Source: Octopus sinensis
Lineage: Eukaryota
Direction of reading: 5' to 3'
Assembly: GCF_006345805.1 (NCBI RefSeq)
Contig: NC_042997.1
Location: 3,968,001-4,032,000, forward strand
DNA: 64,000 nucleotides
Shown here in pieces: positions 56,261-64,000 of this stretch; position 1 is the first letter of the stretch; each line of letters starts with the position of its first letter. The notes under the pieces were generated by a model, which ran no database searches, was not told the origin of the DNA, and worked only from the letters and a program-made list of their open reading frames with translations. Made by a program: the position numbers and the translations under genes.

Positions 56261-58565
56261 ATATTTTGAGAAAATTACATAGATATGAATATTTATGATT
56301 TTAAAATTTCCTGTGTTACCATCTCTACATAGATGTTTTGCTCGAAGGCTCTTTTTAAAATGTTGTAGTTTAACAATCAATTTCCAATAATATTTTGACA
56401 GAAATATGTAGAGGAATTTCTTTTAATATAAAGTAAAGGGAACGTTAGCGTAATATCATAGAAACCATAAGACTATGTACATTTTATATGAATATTCAGA
56501 ACAATATCAAATGTATTATAGAGATCAGACACACAATCATACGGGTACACACACACATACACTCACACACATACATACATACATACATACAAGCATACAT
56601 ACATACATACATATATACATACATACATGTATATGCATATATTCTTACCTACTTATATAACGCTCACATAGTTATTTGTGTGCGCGTGTATGTGTCAGTG
56701 TATATATATATTGTAATATAGATTCATGCATACATAAAAACATCGACACAAACCTTCTTACACGCTCACGCGCTGACACACATAAACATTATATGTAGGC
56801 CGTGGCATTTTCTTTTGGTACTTTACATGGTACAATTATATAAACACCAACTTTTACTAACCTTGCTTAGTATGCTGTCTTATCGCAGTGAAGTCTAGGT
56901 AATATCACGAATATGCAGTTCTATTGATAACAGCTGCAAGTGAGGTGTAAGAAATACTCACCGATTTCAAAATAGATTTCTGTCTTTTCCTTATAAAAAC
57001 TAATGTACCCAGCAACTAGAATGTACAGAACCTGGTGACTGAAAGTCCAAACTCACATTCAGTGTGTCCCATGGGATAAAAATATGCTTCGATAACTCTT
57101 TATCATGCACATTTAGGAAAAATCGCAACGGGTACAAAATACTCACTAGATATGATCCGTTATTGTCTGTATATGAGGGCAAGAATCCATATATTCTCTC
57201 TATATTAATTTTCATGACTACTATCACTGAAATAACAGCGAATCTTGGTCCAATATGTGTATCCTTCAAGAGGCAAATCGCTTCATTGCAACAAGGAATC
57301 TACTGGAAGATGAAAGCACAAAAACACCCTCTTGAGAAAACGGATAAGAAATTCTCTAACCTATCAAGGGAAAAAATCATTCGAGTGCCTACCCTAAACA
57401 CTTTTATTGCAATATAATAGCAATTTCTTGGGCAGTACACTTTAGGTCGAAATGTTTCACGATTCCTATCAAAAGTCAAGGTCTTACGCATCACAGTGTC
57501 CATACGTCCTAGGTGTTTCGATATCTTGCCAGCGAAACGTAAAATCGCATACGGAGAGATTATAAATGTATTTAAACAGAAAAGACATTATCTGAGCTTT
57601 ACATTTCTGATAAATGTACCTCATTTTATTAAAGGAAACTGAATGCAGAAGCATTAATTTCCTTCATATATAGAAATTAAGTTTCCTGGAAAGAATATGA
57701 CTGCAGAAATGGTGATCCAGACGGTTGACGAACTCGGTCTGGAAGTGACATTTTTATGTTTGTGTGTGAATTGCATGTCCATTTGTGTGGTGTAACTACA
57801 CACACAGATACGCCCTCGCCCTCACACACACAAATACACACACACACACAACTACTGAGGCACTGACTACCACATTTTCCTAATTAGCATGAATCCCAGG
57901 TGCACGATAATAAGGGCGTCGTTGTCATTATTCTCCGGGAGGTATGTCAACCGAGCCTTTAGATATATAACAAGTATAAAATATAGTAATGCAATTAAAA
58001 CAATGAGGAAACAAAGTAAGTAATACATTGAATATTCGACGATTGTAGAATTGAATGATTTACCGTAATGTTACGGTTAGAAGCATTGTGCGTACTATCT
58101 TAAGTGATCAAACGGGATGAAAATTACTTCCCAGAGTGTGTATAATATTCTTAGGGTGAATAAGCAAACAAATATAATAATTATAAATCAAATTTCATGT
58201 CAAAACGTCTTCTTCTAAGAAATATGCAATAAATATTGTTTTGAAAGATATCGACCATTTGATATCCACAGCGGTATTTGCCGTTATGATATTTGGGAAG
58301 ATCAACACATCGGAAGCGTATATCCTGCTAAGCTAATTCCTGAAACAACATTGAAATGGCGAAATTAAATAACAAAAGATGTGAACTATGTTATTATACA
58401 TGTAAAACTCAACAGGCATAGTAAAATATATCGTAGTAAAAATTATATTAACTACAATGCCATCATTTAGTTCCATACTCATTTGCTGTATACAATACTA
58501 ACAAGACTTCATTGATAAAAATGAAGTTTACTAAATCCATAGGAAAAGCTTAAAAAATAATATAT

Positions 58566-58655
<90 letters not shown>

Positions 58656-58732
58656 GTCCGCTACTGTCAAAACAATGTTTTCTTGAAGTTTATCTATTTG
58701 TTAATACACGCATGCATACATACATACAAATA

Positions 58733-58783
<51 letters not shown>

Positions 58784-59419
58784 CATGTAGAATGGGAGAA
58801 ACTACACGAAGGTTGAAAAGAAAGAAAATTTCAGGTATATGTTTTCATAAACAAAGTGGAATGTTAACGGTAGTAGCATCAAATCTGTCTGAATAGCGTG
58901 CATTCTACAGTATTGTTAAATATGATCTGATTTGAATCTATTTTGATATGGAAGACAGATATCTTAAAGGTCAGCTTTGTTGATGCTAAAGTTTGAATAG
59001 AATACGATTATCCTATGTAAGATATACAGAGATTTGCATGCATATATACCTATATTCTGGAACGATGTGATGATACGACACTTATCTTGCCGGACGCACA
59101 CATTCACAACACACTAATATTTTATATACACGTATGTGTGTGCATATGTGTGTATTTGCATGTGTGTTTGTGTATGTGTATGTTTTTCTGTATAAACATA
59201 TATGTTTTTTTTTTGCTTGTGATATTTTCTGGTTTGTTTGGTCAAAGCTGTTTTCAATCTATTTGATTGTTATATTTCAAAATAGCGAACGTGGTATGTT
59301 TTGTTCAGGCTGGATGATGATACTTATGACGAGGTAGTTGCGTAGATAACTACTGTTATCATTACCACTACAATCACTACTACTAACATCTACTAACACT
59401 ACCACTACAATAGCCAAAA

Positions 59420-59431
59420 CAGTAATAATAA

Positions 59432-59478
<47 letters not shown>

Positions 59479-59513
59479 CAACAACAACAATAATAATAAT
59501 AATAATAATAATA

Positions 59514-59555
<42 letters not shown>
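59420..59555. repeat. (AAT)n/(AAC)n trinucleotide microsatellite
   Basis: Direct reading. Confidence 0.99.
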
Positions 59556-59556
<1 letters not shown>

Positions 59557-60775
59557 CTTGTATATAAAATGCCACCAAGACGAAAGAAGTAGCATTAAAG
59601 AAAATAAGAATCTCGAGGTATTTTCTCTATATAAAATGGCATGTAGTCAGTTTTTATGTCTCATTCTACGTATACTATCTGAAATATTTTCTTTCTCTTT
59701 AACAGATTCAGTGCTGATAAATTGTAAAAGTTCATACTAAAACATTTGTATGCACGATCTTTAATAATATTGATGTTCTAAGTTTAAAGAAAATTGAGAC
59801 AAAATTTACCTTGGAGACTTTTGAAGCCGGTGAAAAAAGAATAAAGAGTTTAATCTTAAAAGTACTCATACTTTCAACATGCTAAATTCATTATTTATCA
59901 TTCATTTTATCAAGGTATATTCTTCAAATAAATGTCTGTAAATTGACGTGACGATTTGAATTGCATTCTTTTTATATATAAGTCTCCATTCATGTATTGT
60001 TAAAGATCTCGACTTTCTGCCGTCTAAGTTCAATGTGTTCTGCAGGTATTGTGTTGGTTTTCTAGAATTCATAAATTCATACTCATGATTTCAGTGGTAG
60101 ATATACGTATTCAAAATTCCATCTTCTTGTGAAAGCAGTTTTCAAATTTTGAGTTCAGTGAAAGATATTACATATATTTAGTAAACATATTTAGCCAACT
60201 GTTTATCTATGCTGAAATTTTATTTCGTCTATTGCTTTTAAAACTAGCTCATTCACGTCTAAACTTTGTTCTTAATATTTAACACTTTTCTTTATTCGGA
60301 AACCATGCCTTATTCAATGCGTCAGGGACACGTGATTTTCCCTTTCAAACAGCCAAATTTCTGTGTGTTATGTATCATGTCCATGAAGAGGTGCTCCGGT
60401 GGTTAAATTTAATCCCATCTGTCTGTCACAGAATATTAAAAGACAAATGTATACTTTAATCGTAGTCACATCATAAATATACGTAGCAGGGATACCGCAT
60501 AAGATATATCTACACGACAATAATTTGGATCGCGTACAGATTCTAAAATCAAAACAGGTGGAGATCCGAAATGCAACAAATCGTGAAACACTTTGTTGGT
60601 TATATTTAAGGATTATGCAAGTAATAATGTTAATCTTCATTGAATAGATCCAATAAATTCTTATGTTGAACTATTACAACCGGGTGTTATGATGCATACA
60701 TTAATTCAAGCATTATACATATCGTGTTGTGTGTTTTCTTATATGTTCCCTGTATGTGAGTGAGTATGTGCGTGC

Positions 60776-60825
<50 letters not shown>

Positions 60826-60931
60826 GAAAAAAGCAACAAGAATGGATTTTGCGACTTCTTTTAGCCACTATAGCCAATCTCTTCTCCCAACAACTTAGTT
60901 TGTGAATTGAATAGATGTGTGATCAAGATCA

Positions 60932-61060
60932 TTTCCTCATATATCAGGAAATTACATCTGGATTATTATGGATACATTCATCTTCTCTGTGAATAAAATC
61001 TTTCCTCATATCTCCGGAAATTACACCTGCATTATTATGGATTGATTTACCTTTTCTGAG
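60932..61060. repeat. Diverged 68-bp tandem duplication
   Basis: tttcctcatat.tc.ggaaattaca.ctg.attattatggat at 60932 and 61000. Confidence 0.85.
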
Positions 61061-61470
61061 AAGCTAACAATCTTTTTAAAAACGTTTTATAAAACTGTGC
61101 GTCATTATAAAACATTTTAAGTCTGCTTACAACCTAACTTTGCTTTTCATAGAACTCTCTTCGATACTTCATGAGTGTAGCCTCACTCCCTAGGATGTTT
61201 GGAAAACTCATATGTGTTTTGGCTGATAAATACTGGACACTTGTATTTGCTGCAATATGTGCAGCTTTAAATAAATATGTTCTTCGTATGAAACAATTGT
61301 ACTGAACAACTAATCCATTCTTGCTGCTTTTTTCCTGTTTATAATCACCCCACATTATCTTATGGCTAATACCATAAATATTTCTGGTGCATCTAAGTTA
61401 AGTACCGCATTCATTTGAATTCATTGGAATTCACTTGAATCTTAATTGTTTTACTGATATATATATTTAC

Positions 61471-62355
61471 ACTACCCTCATACCCGGTGTTGCTCGGACG
61501 TTTAAAGAATGTTAAGGGAAACAAATATATTTGTTATGATAAAAGATATATTTTAAGAAAAATGATTACGTCAGTATACACAAAATTATTAAAACAACCC
61601 CTGAAATCACACATAGCTTAAATTTGTAGAACTTCGAAATATAAAATGTTTTCAGTGTATCCTTTAATTGTGGTACACATTAAAAGAGTTTAGGGACTTC
61701 CATCTCCCGAACGTCCTACATCTAATTGCCCATGAAAGAAGCAATGAGAAGGAAAGTTAAGCCCAAAGACCTTGAGAGATTATCCTTGAGATTTGTTTAT
61801 CGACATAGCAAAACTTAGTTTGAGAAGGAAAGTTAAACCCAAAGACCTTGAGAGATTATCCTTGAGATTTGTTTATCGACATAGCAAAACTTAGTTTCAT
61901 TGAAGGCGTTTAAATTCAAAGGGGAGGTAAGATGGGATTAAAAGGATCCGTGTAATGATGACATCCTAACCCTTATATTTCCTAGTGATAATTGCTGCCT
62001 CAAGGACATGGGGCTGCGTCACATTCACAACTATCTTCTGTCATTGTTCAGGTGAGGAGAATCCAGATTCCTGAGCAGCATGCATGATTGCAGACACGTT
62101 TTTAAGTGTTAAATTGTGATGTGGCATCCCAGATAGCTTTAGAGAGTTCAGGAACTCAGTTGGAAAAAACTATAGGTTGATCCTGATCAATCACAATGTG
62201 GATTGATTTGAAAGACTGTTCATTTCCAGGCAACAAATGCAAGAGATCCTAATTGATTTTGTCGATAACATCATTAGATGAAGCTAAGATGGCTCACTCA
62301 CGTAGCCATTTACTGTTGCTAAAGTTTTGTGCAACGTTTGGAAACACATGCATTT
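61471..62355 (-). mobile_element. Helitron 3' portion with decayed PIF1 helicase C-terminus
   Basis: Minus strand reads HVFPNVAQNFSNSKWLRE*AILASSNDVIDKIN...PTEFLNSLKLSGMPHHNLTLK...MLLRNLD...LPFEFKRLQ..KLSFAMSINKSQG*SLKV...CFFHGQLDVGRS...TENILYFEVL*. The 3' hairpin ccgagcaacaccggg is at about 61483-61497. Confidence 0.92.
61745..61896. repeat. Two-copy 76-bp tandem duplication inside the Helitron helicase
   Basis: 61745-61820 and 61821-61896 differ at one base. Confidence 0.97.
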
Positions 62356-62384
62356 TGAGATCATTAACAGTTTGTAACATATTA

Positions 62385-62442
62385 TTATTATTATTATTTT
62401 TATTATTATTATTATATTATTATTATTATTATTATTGTTATT

Positions 62443-62473
<31 letters not shown>

Positions 62474-62490
62474 CCATGATCATCATCGTT
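62385..62490. repeat. (TAT)n(CAT)n microsatellite truncating the Helitron
   Basis: Direct reading. Confidence 0.98.
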
Positions 62491-63164
62491 ATTTTTTTTT
62501 AAAGGATTGGCGTAACTCCTCTCAAAGAGATAGACAATACGAAGATCTCGATGCGAATGCAGTAGTTGTTTTGATATTTCAACGATATTTCGCCAGCTAG
62601 CCTGACATTGTGGAATTGAGCCCGAAAAGTGATATACAAAATTCGAAATTACAGAAATTCACATCCCAAATTGGAGCATTGCAACTAGCGTTCCCACGTT
62701 CATGGAATGACATCATCAGCCATTAATTATGAAGTTTGCCACTAGCAAAAAGAAATAGAAACTGGGTGAAAGCAAAGAAAATTAAAAATTAAAGAAGAAT
62801 AATGAATTTAAGAGATTTGCGGAAAATTTATGAAACTCTCCTATCATTGTACTCATTGCTGCAGGGCGCGATGTCAATAACTCACAAGGAAATTTCTTCT
62901 CCTGTGTTCTGAGAACTGAAAGTGTAGAGGATTCGAACTATTTTCTGATCGAATGTACTTGACCCATGTTGTTTCACATTGAACAGGGCTTAATTCTCTT
63001 AGGGCTGTTTTTCAAGGCACAGCGTGCAGAGTCTTATTAGTCCAGATTTCGTGATGGGTATACTGGGCGTCGTATAATTGTACCCCATTGTCACTGTGAT
63101 AGCATGTGCTGCTCTCTCATTCGATAACAACAACAGCAACAACAATAATAAAAATAATAATAAT

Positions 63165-64000
63165 AATCCTGTGGAATAAGATTGAAGCTATCAACACCTG
63201 GGCGGTTTCACTACTTATATATGGAGCAGGGTTAATAGCATGTACAGTAGATGAAATAAACAGCATAGACAGAAAGAAAAGGAAGTTGCTGACTAGATAG
63301 AGGATATTTAACCCAAAACGTGACACAGGCTGATATATGTACCAATAAAAATAGGGAAAAGACGACTGATTGTATGCGAACTCAACATTAGAGCAGAAGA
63401 AAACAGCATAGCAGAAGAAAACAGTGCTACAGAACCACTATTATTGGAAGTAAGACGGCCAGGCTCATGTAGGATGGAAGATTGCAAAGATAAAGCATTC
63501 TACAAGTACATGAGAATGAATGAAATTGAAAATAGGTGGATAAAGAAAAGAAAGCGCGAACAATTTCATAGATTTGCTGAAGATAAGACAGAAAATAGAT
63601 AGCTATGAATGTCTAAAAATTATTTCAAACCGGGATAAGAGGCTCTAATCTGTGCTACCCAAGAACAAGCATTAAGAACAAATTACACCAAATATAAAAT
63701 AGACAACACATCAAAAGTTCATAAGTACAGAATTTGTGGACAAAATGGTGAAACCGTATGGCATATTACCAGTCAATGTGCACTACTAGCTAAGAAAGAA
63801 TAGAAGAGACGTCAGGACAATATAGCAAGAATTGCTTATTGGTCACTTTGCAAGACGTTTGTACTTGGCAGACCAAAAATGTGGTACGAACATAAACCGG
63901 AAGTCATCATCGATAAAGATAATGCAAAGGACAAATGAGATTTTATGATTCTCATGTGAAAGAGTATAGCAAACCAGAGATAGTGTTATTTGAGAAAGCA
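63165..64000 (+). mobile_element. 5'-truncated R4/Dong-clade LINE, running off the window end
   Basis: NKIEAINTWAVSLLIYGAG...IDRKKRKLL; QEQALRTNY.KYKID; zinc finger YRICGQNGETVWHITSQCTLLA; RRQDNIARIAYWSLC; WYEHKP. Starts directly after an (AAC)/(AAT) tract. Confidence 0.9.

Noticed and set aside
61745-61896. Direct repeats as a possible CRISPR-like array
   Set aside because: Two abutting 76-bp copies with no spacer, in eukaryotic DNA inside a Helitron gene.
61986-62051. 66-bp AG/GT-bounded candidate exon with an LRR-like reading (DNCCLKDMGLRHI)
   Set aside because: It is the antisense of clearly recognisable Helitron helicase codons.

Overview
AT-rich, microsatellite-saturated animal genomic DNA. 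It is most consistent with an octopus/coleoid cephalopod intron or intergenic region; this is an inference from the style of the tRNA-headed SINEs and the repeat load, not from a database match. No host protein-coding gene, RNA gene or CRISPR array can be supported. Nearly all long ORFs in the track are microsatellite read-throughs or transposon remnants. The window is a graveyard of mobile DNA: (1) at least six Penelope-like element (PLE) fragments carrying RT and/or GIY-YIG endonuclease motifs; (2) 5'-truncated LINEs of four groups (L1/Tx1, CR1/L2, RTE, R4/Dong); (3) two Helitrons, one with a decayed PIF1 helicase; (4) mariner remnants; (5) three tRNA-derived SINE families. Best second-look items: a dispersed set of minimal hammerhead-ribozyme-like motifs tied to PLE-type termini, three of which share a non-canonical U at core position 6; a CR1/L2 LINE whose 3' stem-loop tail matches the main SINE tail, a candidate LINE-SINE partner pair; an L1/Tx1 LINE inserted in a GATA microsatellite with a candidate 8-bp target-site duplication (TSD); and a chimeric SINE. 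All family calls come from manual translation and motif recognition, and element boundaries are approximate (tens of bp).
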